Shown: positions 1 to 11,864, counted from the stretch's first letter. The stretch: DNA of 64,000 nt from Carpediemonas membranifera BICM (GCA_019828565.1 JAHDYR010000062.1:297666-361665); one strand, 5' to 3'. Made by a program: numbers and translations. Notes: generated by a model not told the origin, from the sequence alone.

Positions 1-2
1 CC

Positions 3-3000
3 ACGACGGCAACGCAGCCCAGCAAGCCGCGCAAGCCTTTCAGACCATGCAGGATCTGCCAGGGTAGCCACTATGACTGGGAGTGCCCCCAGAAGAAGGG
101 TCGCCACGATCAGGGCGGGCTGCGCCCGCACCCGAAGAAGGTCGACCCCCGCTCGCGCGAGGCTAACTTGGCAGTCAGCGAAGAAGCCGTCGTCGTCCAG
201 GCCATGATAAATGGCCATGAATACAACGTCTATGTCGACACTGGAGCATCGATCTCCTTCATTGGGAGCCAGGCTGTTTATGAGTTGATCCCAAAAGCCG
301 ACACGAAGATCATCCAGCTCGATAGCGAGTTAATGGTGAGAACAGCTAATGCTACAGTCCGGTGCTCTAGTGCCGTGAGAATGCAGCTGTGTATACCGTC
401 CATCAGCGACTGGCCAGTAGAGTTCACAACTTTGTTCGTCATTCTCCCGGGCCTAAAGGATAAGGTCATCATGGGATGCAGCACGCTCCGAGAACTGGGA
501 CTCCTGAACGACGAAGAACTCCATATCAGATTTAAGCAGCCCGAAGAGGCAGAGAACGATACGGCCACGGAGCCCTTCACTCCAGAGTACATGGCCGCAC
601 TAGCAACGTCTGACAAGAGCGAACTGGAGAAGATCACGCTCGTTGATGACGACGATGGGCGAATCAAAGCGCTGTGCGAAGAGTTCAGCGAGATCTTCGA
701 CAGAGAGCTGCCCAGAGAAGGCAGCGCCCTGCCAAGAGCACGAGTACCGCTCGACGAGTCGGTGCCGTTCCACCGACACCTCAAAGCACGGCCCCTGAAG
801 CCGGGTGTGAGAGAGCGGGTCCAAGAGGAACTAAGAAGTCTCGAGAGCAAGGGCCTGATCCAAGACGCCTCGGGGCCGTATGCCTCTCCGGTGGTAGCAG
901 TCCTCACAGGACATAAGGGCTCGTCCAAGCTACGTCTGTGTGGAGACTACTCGGAGATTAACAAGGCGACGGTCCGCGACCGATATCCGCTCCCCGACAT
1001 CCGTTCCTTCATCACAGAAGCAGCAGGATCCACAAGATTCGGTTGCATGGACCTCAGAGAGGGGTATCACCAGATACTGATGGAGCCAGAGGACATACCG
1101 AAGACGGCTATCATCACACCAGATGGCTACAAGGAGTACACCCGCCTGCCCTTCGGCCTCACCAACGCGCCCGCACATTTCCAGAGAGCCATGGATTCTG
1201 CCTTTGCTCCACTGAGACAGCGGGGCGTGAGTGCCTATCTCGACGACATTCGAGTACACGCAGGGTCGACAGACGAGTTCATCGAGCGTCTTCGGGCGTC
1301 CTTCGAGACTTGTCGTCAATATAGACTCCGACTGAAAGCCGAGAAGTGCATCTTCGGGGCCCGGTCCGTTGAGATTGTGGGCTATATATGCGACAAGGAT
1401 GGATACAGACTGTCTCACCAACGTGTAGAAGCAGTTAAGAACATCAGACGTCCCAGAACACTGAAAGAGCTGCAGACAACGCTCGGATCGTTTAACTACG
1501 TCTCAAAGTTTGTGCACGACTCCTCTCGGATGCTTCGACCACTTCAGAACCTTAAGAAAGGTGGCAATAGGGACATTGAAGGTCGCTGGGATGCACGCTG
1601 CCAAGAAGCGTTCGACAACTTCAAGGAGAAGCTCTCGGCGACAACAAGCTTAGCCTTCCCGGACCTGACCAAGAAGTGGACGCTTCACACCGACGCCTCC
1701 AACGAAGGGTTCGGAGGTATGCTCACACAACGATCAGAGGACGGAGCCGAAGAGCTCGTCAGCCTCTTCTCGGGCACATTTACCGAGACGCAAAGCAGAT
1801 GGAGCACATATGAGCAGGAGCTCTACGCTATCCTGTACGCCGTGACGCGCCCGGACCTGACGGCCCTGTTCAAGATCCATCCGCACTTTAAGGTCATGTC
1901 GGATCACCGCAACCTAGTTTACCTCAATAACAAGAAGTATGTGAACGACAAGATCCTAAGGTGGTCCTTGATACTTTCGGATTACCATTTTACCGTTTCA
2001 CACGTCGCAGGATCGTCCAACGTTGTGGCTGATCATCTTTCCAGAATATCCAACACATTGCTGGTTGCTTTGGAGAATACAGCCAATAGCTTCACACAAC
2101 TGATCAAAGACACGCAAGAACGTGACTTCTCAGACGAGGAGCGCGAACAGTACAAGAACATTCAGCACGACGGGATAATCACGGTGGAAGGTATTCCCGT
2201 GATCCCGCAGGCCTCGGCAGAGCTTAAGCGACGTATACTGAAGCACGCTCATCGCTGGCATGAAGGCCGAGACAAGACAATACAGAAGGCCAAGGAGATT
2301 GGCATTTGGGCCGGCCTGGCGAGTGACGCTAGCAACACCGTCAAGACGTGCCCCGTCTGCGCAAAGACGCGGATTAGACAATACATCCAGGACAACAAGA
2401 TCTTCAGAACCACGAGCACGACGCCCTGGAGGTCCATCGCGATCGACACGATCGGTCCGATTAGCATGGACTCCGAAGGCAACCGATACATCTATGTCAT
2501 CACCGACTTATGCACACGGTACACCGAGCTTATGCCATCACACGCCAACGACGCAGAGAGCGCCACCAAGGCCCTGTGGCAGAGTGTCCTGAGACACGGT
2601 ATCCCGCAGTATATCAAGTCCGACAACGGCGTCGAATACACCAACAAGCTCGTGGAGGGCCTAGTAGAGACACTTAAGACCCACCACCAATATACCCTCC
2701 CCTACAGCCCGGAGTCCAACGGAGTTGTTGAACGTCGCAACGGAGAGGTCATGAGACACATTCGATGGATGGTGTTGGCAATGGACAGTTTTGATCATTG
2801 GTCTCACGTCTTGCCGCTAGCACAACACATTTTGAACAACACTACGCACTCAGATACGGGATTCTCCCCCAATGAGCTCATCTATGGCCGGCGCAACGAC
2901 ATCGGCCGGGTTCAGCTAGGCGACGTGATGACGTCGAATGAGCCGGAGGGGGAGGTAAGGAATGCCGCGGACTACCTGAGAGCGCTTCGTGATCTGCAAC

Positions 3001-3470
3001 AGCTCGCTGACGAGACATTAGTTGACGAGGGCTCAGAGGACTTCCGCAAGTTCAAGGAAAAGGTCATCGAGCCTGGAATGCTGGTTTTCAAGAGACCAGT
3101 GACGAAGAACAAGCTACACGGACTGCTTGGGCCCTACAAGGTCCTGGCCCAGAAAGGTAAGGCCGTGGAACTCGAGTCGGTCCTTGAACAACGCAGAGAG
3201 GTTGTCCACAGGTCCAAGCTCGCACCGTGCCCGGCTATAGAGCTGACTCAAGCCCGACAGATGCGGGCGTCAGACGACGAGTTATACGTCGCTGAAGAGA
3301 TTGTCAAGCATCGCGCGAGGACGCACGAGCTGCTGATCAGATGGGAGGGCTATAAGATCCCCACCTGGGAGAAGTACTCCACAGCTAACAAGCACCTGGG
3401 CATCGTCCAGGACTACCTCCGTCGGCATCGCCTACGATGGCGCCCCGTTCAGTTTGAGAACAATCCCTGA
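3..3470 (+). CDS. E1 Gag-Pol polyprotein (5'-truncated by window): zinc knuckle, protease, RT, RNase H, integrase, chromodomain
   Basis: The frame is open from base 3. Motifs: CRICQGSHYDWEC knuckle, VDTGA protease, LPFGL and YLDD RT, TDAS RNase H, H..H..CPVC plus SDNG and VERRN integrase, and a C-terminal YVAEEIVKH..LIRWEGY..TWE chromodomain. Confidence 0.95.
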   Translation, partial: TTATQPSKPRKPFRPCRICQGSHYDWECPQKKGRHDQGGLRPHPKKVDPRSREANLAVSEEAVVVQAMINGHEYNVYVDTGASISFIGSQAVYELIPKADTKIIQLDSELMVRTANATVRCSSAVRMQLCIPSISDWPVEFTTLFVILPGLKDKVIMGCSTLRELGLLNDEELHIRFKQPEEAENDTATEPFTPEYMAALATSDKSELEKITLVDDDDGRIKALCEEFSEIFDRELPREGSALPRARVPLDESVPFHRHLKARPLKPGVRERVQEELRSLESKGLIQDASGPYASPVVAVLTGHKGSSKLRLCGDYSEINKATVRDRYPLPDIRSFITEAAGSTRFGCMDLREGYHQILMEPEDIPKTAIITPDGYKEYTRLPFGLTNAPAHFQRAMDSAFAPLRQRGVSAYLDDIRVHAGSTDEFIERLRASFETCRQYRLRLKAEKCIFGARSVEIVGYICDKDGYRLSHQRVEAVKNIRRPRTLKELQTTLGSFNYVSKFVHDSSRMLRPLQNLKKGGNRDIEGRWDARCQEAFDNFKEKLSATTSLAFPDLTKKWTLHTDASNEGFGGMLTQRSEDGAEELVSLFSGTFTETQSRWSTYEQELYAILYAVTRPDLTALFKIHPHFKVMSDHRNLVYLNNKKYVNDKILRWSLILSDYHFTVSHVAGSSNVVADHLSRISNTLLVALENTANSFTQLIKDTQERDFSDEEREQYKNIQHDGIITVEGIPVIPQASAELKRRILKHAHRWHEGRDKTIQKAKEIGIWAGLASDASNTVKTCPVCAKTRIRQYIQDNKIFRTTSTTPWRSIAIDTIGPISMDSEGNRYIYVITDLCTRYTELMPSHANDAESATKALWQSVLRHGIPQYIKSDNGVEYTNKLVEGLVETLKTHHQYTLPYSPESNGVVERRNGEVMRHIRWMVLAMDSFDHWSHVLPLAQHILNNTTHSDTGFSPNELIYGRRNDIGRVQLGDVMTSNEPEGEVRNAADYLRALRDLQQLADETLVDEGSEDFRKFKEKVIEPGMLVFKRPVTKNKLHGLLGPYKVLAQKGKAVELESVLEQRREVVHRSKLAPCPAIELTQARQMRASDDELYVAEEIVKHRARTHELLIRWEGYKIPTWEKYSTANKHLGIVQDYLRRHRLRWRPVQFENNP

Positions 3471-3490
3471 GAAGGAGAGAGGGGGTAGGA

Positions 3491-3547
3491 TGTCACGGGG
3501 CTACTCATATATTTATGGTCTACGTACCATTCTTTGTAAATCACACA
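3491..3547 (+). repeat. E1 3' LTR (~57 bp; right end uncertain, 3545 or 3547)
   Basis: Starts TGTCAC directly after the PPT, with the same GGGGGTAGGA|TGTCA junction as E5, and ends ...TCACACA. The partner LTR is not in the window. Confidence 0.65.
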
Positions 3548-4251
3548 CTCGTCAATCGTTTTGCCCTTAACTGGGTCAACGTGCTAGGGCTAGGACGGCG
3601 GGCATAGCCTTTTCCAGAGGCTGGTCCTCGATGAGCTCTTGGATGCGGTACATGGCCTTGGGGTTGCTCTTAAAGGCACGCGTATACGCCTCCTTGAGGT
3701 TGTCCTCGTTGAGGGACTTCCCATCGAACAGGGACAAGAGGAGAGTGAACTTCCGATTGACGCGTGCGACCTGTACCGTGTCGAAGCTGTTGGCTCTTAG
3801 ACGGAACAGCTGGAGGCGTGAGGTCTTGGTTCTGGGTTGCAGGGCTTGTCCGAGCCGCTTGAGAGTTCTCTGATCCTTCAGATCGCGGATGTTCTTCCTT
3901 GAGGCTACTAGGGGAGTGTGATCGTCGTCTTCGTCCTGCGTAGTGGATAGGATCGTGGCAATGAGGTCTTGTACCGAGCTATCAATCAAGTCTGAGATAT
4001 CCCGATGGCCTCCGTAAGCGCGATAGTCGCGGAAGGCCTCGGCGAAAGTGATGAGAGCCTCAACTGACGGAACCGTTAGTAGAGGAGGTATAAGGCGTTT
4101 CTTATCGTTCATGGCTTGAATTTCTAGAAATGTAGTCCGTTAGGGACAAGAAAGCTTTACAGGGAAAAGAGACGACACCAAATGTGTCGACAGAAACCTG
4201 AAGACTATGTAAATAATGTTACTATGTAAATATTGGGTAAGACCCACGACA
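3548..4251 (-). mobile_element. 5' part of Gypsy element E2 (5' LTR ~4131-4251 plus gag), interrupted by E1
   Basis: On the minus strand a TGTCG...CTACA segment of 121 bp ends 18 bp before the gag ATG. The palindrome ATTTCTAGAAAT sits at the LTR/leader junction, as in the other elements. Confidence 0.75.
3576..4112 (-). CDS. E2 Gag N-terminal domain (disrupted)
   Basis: Clearly homologous to the E3 gag (PPLL..P, F.DYRA.GG.RDI..LIDS, RLG.AL.P, VARVN.KF, MYRI, AMP.VLAL.R). Confidence 0.85.
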   Translation of the reverse strand: MNDKKRLIPPLLTVPSVEALITFAEAFRDYRAYGGHRDISDLIDSSVQDLIATILSTTQDEDDDHTPLVASRKNIRDLKDQRTLKRLGQALQPRTKTSRLQLFRLRANSFDTVQVARVNRKFTLLLSLFDGKSLNEDNLKEAYTRAFKSNPKAMYRIQELIEDQPLEKAMPAVLALAR

Positions 4252-4653
4252 GGCCTGCACACGGGAGACCATCTCGGACAGCTGGGGTTCGGCCTCGACG
4301 GGGTCGTTAGGCGCGGTAGCCTCGGCCTGCACGGGTGCCTCCGTCTCCTCGGGCGTAGGGTGAGGCTCATCATCCTCAGCGGCGGCGTCATCAGCTTCGT
4401 CGGCGCTGGATCCGGCGTCCTCGGTGCTGGGCGCAGGCGGCAAGTCTCCAGCAGGAGCAGACGGTGAGGTAGCATCGTCGGATGTGACAGAGGCGGGCGC
4501 GGGAGCGAACACGGCACGGTAGGTACGTTGCCGGTTCGGAAGCTGGTCTTCTTGCACATGCTTGTCGAGAAGCCGCTTGAACGCGGTCCGAGCGCGTGAC
4601 GTAGTGAAAAACGGCAGCAAATGCCTTACTAGCTCGTCAAAGTTGCTCATTCG
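4252..4653 (-). CDS. Antisense accessory ORF of putative outer LTR element E0 (acidic/Pro-rich), truncated by E2
   Basis: The ORF from MSNFDELV is open until the E2 LTR boundary at 4251. Its position mirrors the antisense ORF in the 3' region of E3. Confidence 0.5.
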
Positions 4654-5419
4654 TGTAGATCGCTCTGTCACTCGAAGTGACAGCACGCGATCAATGGAAA
4701 ACAAAGAAGAAGAACAAAACGGAGCGGATCTACAGGCCAATAGGCACACAATTGACGCGGATGATGTTGATTACTTATGGCGGGTGGCTTAAGGCCAAGC
4801 TCGCATGGCGAAGAGGCAAGGAAAATTACAGAAGCCAGAACTCGCGATTGAGACCTCGTTGAGGCCTCTAGAGGCCTTTTTTGGGCCTTTGATGTTGTTA
4901 TTATCTATGAATGCAGCTCCTGGAGCTGATAATGGTGGTTAATTGCAAAGTGGCCAAGGATTTACGTCCCTGATTTACGCTCATGTAAGTTTTCCAATTG
5001 AGACTGGAAACGCCCAGGACAGTGTGTGAGACACACTTGGCTGTTGCGAAGTGGCACAAGTGGCCGTTTAGTCGGAGATAGCGACTAGAGATTTTAGACA
5101 GAGTTGGTGTGAGTTACCCACTAACTTAGCAGCGCTGCAGATCATGATAACTCTTGCTTGATTGCTTGATAGCTCTTGACCCGAAGGCTGCAAGGATGTG
5201 CGCCGGTGCTAGCCACACCGGGTTGGGCGATGCTTGGCCGCTGACCCTAGTAGCACATGCCTCGCGAGCATGGAGGGGTAGAGAGGTGCACTTACACAGG
5301 ACACGACACATGCAAGGACAGTAGACCCGACGGGGTCCAGGAGAAATGACGATAACCCAGCGGGCAGTCCGGTCGACTGCCGATGGGTCCCCATGATGCT
5401 CGCCGAGCATGTGGGCCAG

Positions 5420-5531
5420 TGTGGTGGTCATAGACCACACTAATCATTTATACAGTTTAAGCCATTTATTGGCACAAGGGTTTTCTCTTCTTCTTTCCCT
5501 ATAAAAGCATTCTCCGCATTAGCGAGGCACA
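5420..5531 (+). repeat. E3 5' LTR (112 bp)
   Basis: Identical to 33284-33395. Confidence 0.95.
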
Positions 5532-5551
5532 TTAACGTTAATTCCCCTCAA

Positions 5552-7246
5552 ATGCTGAAGAAATCCGATCCCCCGTTGCTGAAGTCGCCAGATCTGAACG
5601 AACTGTTCATCTTTGTGGACAAGTTCAACGATTACCGCGCCTTAGGGGGCAAGCGAGACATTGAGAAGCTAATCGACAGCGAGGTTCGGGAGATGGTGAC
5701 AGCAATCCTACCAGCGGACGATCTTGACGACGCGGAGGAAGAGATCCCTCTCCTCCTTAATCAACATCATCGTGCCGCTCGCTCCAGAGCCCAGAAGGAC
5801 CTCAAGATCATCAAGCGCCTAGGACGCGCTCTCAGACCTACTCAAGAAGTCAACAAGCTCCGTCTCTTTAGAATCACCGCCAAGGACTTCTCCCCTATCG
5901 AAGTTGCTCGAGTCAACAAGAAGTTCCGTATTACCATGGCAGTCGTCCAACCCGAGTTCCCCCTCGAGACACTACGCGACATATACGTTCGTTGTTTCAA
6001 GTTCGGATCCAACCAGACGATGTACCGCATCAAGGGAGGTGATCCAGGACATGTCGCTAGAAGATGCCATGCCGCGCGTTCTAGCCCTATCCAGAACAGT
6101 CCAAGAGAGCACCGCGATCGCCAACGCGTTCCAGGACAAGCCGTCCAACGCCGAGCACCACCACACGAGCCGTAACTCCCACCGACGCAACGATCGCAAG
6201 CCTCAGTCACGTCCCACCGAAGACCGTTCGCATGCTACCAGACCTGAACACGCGTCGACTAAGCCTATCGACAAGAAGGGCAGACGTGATCATTCACAGT
6301 TCACTTGCTATAACTGTGGTGGTAAGGGTCACGCCGTCTACGAGTGTAAGAAGCCCAAGAACAAGTGTCAGAAGTGCGGGAAGAGCGGACACCTTGACAG
6401 GTTCTGTAAATCCCCACAGTACTTGTCCTTGTTCTCGATGACTTCACACAAACGCAAAGATAGCCTACCTCTGCGCAAAGTTAAGGTCGAGGGTCGAGAC
6501 GTCGTTGCCTTGATTGATTCGGGAGCCAACTGCTCCACTATATCCCCCAAGCTGACCAAGGGTATGACGCGAATATCAGATGAAGAGCGAAGCGTGCGTA
6601 CAGCCAAGGGAACTATACAGTCCCAAGGTTCCGTGCAAGGGAACATCAAACTCATGCCGTCAGCCTTTACACCTAAGGCAGTGTCCTTCAAGCCGGAGTT
6701 GATTGTGCTAGATACTGAGTTCGACGTCGTCCTGGGGTACCCCCACCTTGTCGAGCTGGGAATCCTCCCCGACGTGAACGTAGAGTCAGGGGAAGACTCG
6801 GACGAAGTCCAGGTCCCCGAAGCTTTCAAGCACAACGCTGCCATCTTTAGTCTATCCGACCAGTCGACCAAGAGTCAAGCCGAACTGATCAAGAGGTTCT
6901 CCGATCTATTCCAAGACCTGGACGAACCTAGCAGGCTAGAGCCGTACGACCTCGTTCTGAAGGACGATCGGGTCGTGAACGCCAGACCTTACTATGTACC
7001 CCCAGCGAAGATACACGTCGTGAGAGAGCACATCGACACGCTGCTAGCCAAGAAATATATCGAGGCCTGTCAGTCACAATACGCTTCCCCAGCTATGACT
7101 GTGCCTAAGAAGGGAGGCAAGTCGCGTTTCGTAGTCGATTTCCGCCGTATTAACGAGCTTACTGAGCCGTTCGACTACCCCATCCCTCGTATCGACGAGG
7201 TGCTGTCACAGCTCGCAGGACAGAAGATCTTCGCGACTCTAGACCT
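5552..7246 (+). pseudogene. E3 gag-protease-RT N-terminal half, interrupted by the DNA transposon; one +1 break at ~6034-6036
   Basis: Gag, two CCHC knuckles (CYNCGGKGHAVYEC, CQKCGKSGHLDRFC), LIDSGA protease and RT up to FATLDL. Removing one G from AAG-G-GAG restores the alignment to E2 gag. Confidence 0.92.
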
Positions 7247-7296
7247 CATACTGTAAGAATGGCTAGAGTCTCCCGGGAGATACTCTGGAGATACTC
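7247..7296 (+). repeat. Left TIR CATACTGTAAGAATGGCTAGAGTCTCCCGGGAGATACTCTGGAGATACTC
   Basis: Reverse complement of 24779-24828 (49/50 identical). Contains an internal GGAGATACTC direct repeat. Confidence 0.97.
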
Positions 7297-7582
7297 ATGT
7301 GTCAACGCTGGTCAAACCTCGCGATCCAGGCGATCTCAGGCACCTCCAGAACATCTAGAAGGTAGTTATAGAAGCATAAAAGACATGTCTGGCGTCTTGA
7401 AGTATCACATGGTGTCAGTGTTGATAAAAGAGGATAACGCATTTTATGTTGTAAATGTGAAGTGCTCGTTCGAACATGGGATCTTAACAGCGGTGTTTTA
7501 TAGCTAATAGCAATGCCCTCTGAAGTTTTCAGCCTCCAGTATCTTCTACTTCCGTATGAATTAATGATTGAATCAAGAGATT

Positions 7583-7689
7583 GAGAAAATGAAGACTTCC
7601 CCACAAAAACCAAACATGGGGGGATAATCCATGGGGGTCAAGTACTATCCGTACATACTCAGGTTCTGTGGGGAAGTCTTCATTTTCTC
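7583..7689. repeat. Internal 23-bp perfect inverted repeat with 61-bp spacer
   Basis: GAGAAAATGAAGACTTCCCCACA (7583-7605) versus TGTGGGGAAGTCTTCATTTTCTC (7667-7689). Confidence 0.9.
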
Positions 7690-8204
7690 GCATTCGAAAA
7701 TCTGCAAAATTTTATCAACGATGAGATGGTCTTGGAAGATTGTGCTAACAACAGAGGTGTAACTAGATCAACAAAGGATCATGGAACATTTGGTTTGTCC
7801 TAACGCCCGAAACAGTGCCCAAAGAGCTCGTGACACAGGTGAACGCCAGAAAGAAATGAAGTTGCTCAGAGTGTACACCATATTGTCCTAGTTCCAATAC
7901 TTTTTACCATTTTCTTCCAGCTGCTTTCGTTGGCGAGTTTCATTTTTTCTTACCGTTACTTCCGCAGTATCTTGCAAGATTCAGGGGGAAATTCAAATTC
8001 ACTTTTCCTTTGAGGGCAAAGCAGAATTGCGCAATAACGCATCAATGGGTATGAGAAGCATAGAATACGTATAAAACTCAGTGTAGTTGCTGCTCACAAC
8101 TTTTTGGAGGAAACAGAGCAGCGGAAGCCCCAAACCAAAAATCTTTCACAAACTCTTGTGAAACTTGTGAAATGTGAAAGTGACTTCAGCAAAAATTCCT
8201 GAGC

Positions 8205-10757
8205 ATGCACATTGTCATACAGACCTTCATTGGCACTGTCTACGACAATACTGGCCCTCCAAGGACTGCAGAGCGTATGAACTACATTCTCGCTCATACA
8301 TACCTCTCCCTTGTTGGTATTGGCGGAAATACACAGGATCGAGGCCGCCAGCGCCGAGAATTCCGTGAACTCATCTTGGAAATGGCTAACCAGGGCCTAT
8401 TTGCGGACATGGAGGTCGATCCGAGATTTTTCGCCGACCCGCACGACTCTCGACCCTTCTTGCGTGCAGTACGTTCCCATAGAGGAGTCGCCCCGACCTT
8501 CGATGTCTTCGTACGTGACCACGCGCGTATTGCTGTCACCCACGAACGCTTGCGGAGACAGCACGAGGTCTCAACTGAGGAAACTGACAACTACAAGCAG
8601 ATTTTTGGAGCTTGTTTCTATCCTGATGTACATCAAGTCGGGTTGTAACGCAACCCATGAGCTCTTTAAGCTCATCCGTAGTCTTTCTGCGCGACTTCAT
8701 ATGCCAATCATCTCCAGCAAGGCTGCTGATATCTTCGTGAAGCAGTTGCAGGTCAATATCACCAAGATCAACGGCCTGGTTGCAGCGCTGACTAGACCAG
8801 AGGTTGCTTTCTTGGGTCATCTCGTCCCTGTGGAGTCTGTCACAGTCAACACGACCTGGCGGTGGGGCAGAAATGGCACAAAGTCGAGACTCGAGTGCAC
8901 CAATCGCCTAACGGTGGACGAGGGGTGTCGATATCCAGCCCCTGACGGACGCGGAGAACGTCATTGACTTCAAGTGGGAGAAGCCAATGCTTGATCTTCA
9001 CTACGAGACGAGCGATGAGGCCACAAGTCATCGCCCTGAGCTCAAGCAGACCCAGGGAGTCACCCTCGGCAAGCGGCTCAACAGCTCCACATGGGACAAG
9101 GTTGATCGAGTCTGGTTTGATGCCGTTCGTTACCTCAAGCAAGCTGTTCGCCACCCGGAATGGCTCGTGTCGGACCAGCCCAACTACGTTCGATGCAAGA
9201 ACGCCCTTGGCAACAGGGTTGGAGTCACGTTTAGCCCCATGAAGATCCTACTATGGCTTGACGGGTGGAAAGAGGGTTCTGCTGCCTTCAAGCTCCGCAT
9301 CTACGACCCCACAGGCTTCACATTCCCCAACAAGATTACTCCACCTTTCCGTATAGTCGAGTATATGGGTAGCGAGGGTGATTTGTTGATGGAAGAGTCT
9401 CTTTCTCGCGTCGAGAAGGAGATTGAGCGCCTATACACGAGTCAGATACCCATCAGAGACACTGGTGAGGTCACAATCTTCGACCATGTCATCGTCATGG
9501 GCGATCATGCCGCCCTCCGCCACATGCTGTCCAGAAAGTCGGGCCGGCCCAACTATCCACACCCTTGCAACACGATTTACCACAAAAGTAAGGCGCTCCA
9601 CCCGATAGCAGGACGCCATCGTCTCACCATCAAGGACAACCTGGACGATAAGACAGCATACCAGGCTGAAGTCGACGACCCGAACCGAGTTCAAGATGTA
9701 CTTGCAATCTATGGCGATTTCACCAATGAACGCATGGTATTCGAGAATTGTAGTGTCATCCCTCTTGAGAAGATCGTCATATGCCCTCCATTCATGCACG
9801 ACTCGCACCGTTTACTCGAGCAGGTTGCCCATATCTGTGGTTCTTTCAAGAAGCATCCCACCACCCGCGGGTCCCGCGAGGAGATCATCCAGAATAAGCT
9901 CCTCAACCTCAAGCTTGGCCGTATGTCGTCCATGCGAAGCATCGATAGGACCGTAGGTTGTAACTAGCAGTCGTCCGCACGTGTAAGGATGGCTGCCACG
10001 ACCCAAGAGGACTACGTTGCTCTCCCTGAGTGCATTCAAGATATCATTCGGCTCATTGGCTACCTCCAGGCCATGTACTACTCGTCCGAACCTGTGACTG
10101 ACGCGGCTGTCGCGTTTCACTTCATGGCTGCCGCAGTGGCCCACCTCATTCACGTCACGATTGCGTTCATTCCTAACAAGGATAAGACTTCCATATCCCT
10201 GCTATCAAGCAGCGAAGCGAAGACGAAGGAGAAACCGTGCGCTGAGAACCTCTACAGCATCAGCAGACTCACGACGCAGCCCCTGTGCCACAAGCATCTC
10301 AAGGTGCCGCTGTTCTATATCCTAGAGGAGTACTTTGAGCGAGAGTTCATCAAGAACCAGGAGGTAGCAGCCAAGTTGCACAGGAAGGCAGTCCTTGAGG
10401 GCATTTGCTTGATCGAGCAGACAACTCTCGCGTGTTCCTTCCTGACGGGCATGCGTTCTTTTTGGTCGGCAGGACTACTCTGTCCCCCAGCTCCAGCGAC
10501 TCAAGTGTGTGCGAGTTCACGACTGCTGTAAGGATGCGAAGCATTGGTTTGGTGTCCGCACACTGACCACCGTGACATTCGAGCCAACTCGTGAGATGAT
10601 CCAGACCTTTCAGGAGACTGTTGATGAAGTGTGGGAGTTTGTAGAAGAGCATACGACGCTGACGTGGGGTGAGGAGGGCACGATGTCATGCAGTCTGGCG
10701 GACCATGGCATAGAGTTAGTTTGCTGCCTGTGTGGAGAGTGTAGCAGACAGAATTGA
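8205..10757 (+). CDS. Putative CMC/EnSpm(CACTA)-like DDE transposase, ~850 aa when joined across three +1 breaks and one in-frame TAG
   Basis: Five successive ORFs join through single extra bases in homopolymers (8602-8606, 8922-8925, 10459-10463) and a TAG at 9965-9967. Ordered motifs LWLDGW, VIVMGDHAAL, PFMHD and EEYFEREF resemble the D / D.xA / MH / fER pattern of CMC transposases. Confidence 0.6.
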
Positions 10758-10819
10758 GGCATCCGCGTGATATAAAAGTGATGTAAGATGGTTCCGTGAT
10801 AAATTCATTCATTTTTCAT

Positions 10820-10861
10820 ATGTGCCACTTTTTTTTTCATGAATGGCACATTTCACATTTC
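10820..10861. promoter_or_regulatory. Hairpin-like motif shared (inverted) with 20405-20437
   Basis: ATGTGCCAC-T9-CATGAATGGCACATTT is the reverse complement of AAATGTGCCATTCATG-A9-TGGCACAT apart from one base. Both copies lie just upstream of cargo genes. Confidence 0.6.
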
Positions 10862-10886
10862 GCAGGTTTCACAAAAGTTTGTGAAA

Positions 10887-11844
10887 ATGAACCAAACGGG
10901 GAAAGAATCTTGGACAGAGGATACTCTTGCAGCCCATAAGGCTTATATACAGTACGTAAGACTTTCTGATAAGTCAGACATCATCCCCAGTGTCCGTACG
11001 TTTTTTAAGCAGGACGTTGCCACGAGAGGAGTTGATGACATCGATCATCGCTTCTTCATGTTTGTTCACCCAGTGTTGCCCAGGTATTTACCCAGATTGG
11101 TTGCGATTCGTGACTGCAAGACTGATTCCATCATTTCGGCCTTGTTGCTCACGAAGGAGTCATACAACACCGAAGCTACTGATGAAACCCCTTCCGAGCT
11201 GCGCCAGGACTTATATGTTGTGGTTATTCGCACGGCATTCTATGCCAGGGGCAATGGTCTCGCCACGATTCTTCTTTCGGTTGCCTCTGCCGGACAGAGG
11301 ATCCGCCTGCAGTGGGTAAGTTCTCTTGTGCCAGCCTACCAGCGTATGGGGATGTCCATCTCCAAGCAAAAAGTCCACGATGGAGTACCTGGATGATGCG
11401 AAACTGGTGACCATGGAGGCAACATACGGCCCGAACAAGTGGACGAAGCTCGGTGAGAGTCTCGTTGCTTGCCATGGATATGCCATGAAGTCCTGGAGGG
11501 CTCCCCCGTCCGTCGACTACGGTACGGCTTTCACTTCTGTGGACCAGGTCCAGCCTCCCCCAAAGAGAACCCAAGCCACCCAACCCACCCTGCCCACCAA
11601 GCCCTCGGACAAGCTCAACCGCTACATTAAGCGTCTGAGGAAGAGTGTTACCCCGCACCCGACGCGCAAGAAGCAACGTGAGATAATCATCGCCCTTTAC
11701 GACAGCAACCGAAGGGATTTGGTCCAAAAGATCGTGGATAAGAGATCAAAGATGCGTAAGGATTACCAGAAAGAGAACTATTTCGAGGAAGAGTGGTACC
11801 ATCTGCTGTCTGAGAAGGAAGATGAGGAAGAGAATGAAGATTAA
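10887..11844 (+). CDS. GNAT-family acetyltransferase with basic/acidic C-terminal extension (+1 break at 11368-11372)
   Basis: GNAT motif A LYVVVIRTAFYARGNGLATILL and motif B LVPAYQRMGM. Joins ORF 11326-11844 by removing one A from an A5 run. Confidence 0.7.
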
Positions 11845-11864
11845 ATGAAGAAGCAGTCGATTTA

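Larger units (their letters stand above)
1..3547 (+). mobile_element. Gypsy/chromovirus-type LTR retrotransposon E1 (5' part outside window), inserted into the gag of E2
   Basis: The gag-pol ORF is followed by a polypurine tract GAAGGAGAGAGGGGGTAGGA (3471-3490) and a TGT...ACA segment. The sequence immediately beyond is the interrupted minus-strand gag region of E2. Confidence 0.9.

Noticed and set aside
6031-6040. Programmed gag-pol frameshift in E3
   Set aside because: The break is mid-gag, before the zinc knuckles, and E2 gag is continuous at the homologous site. An extra G explains it.
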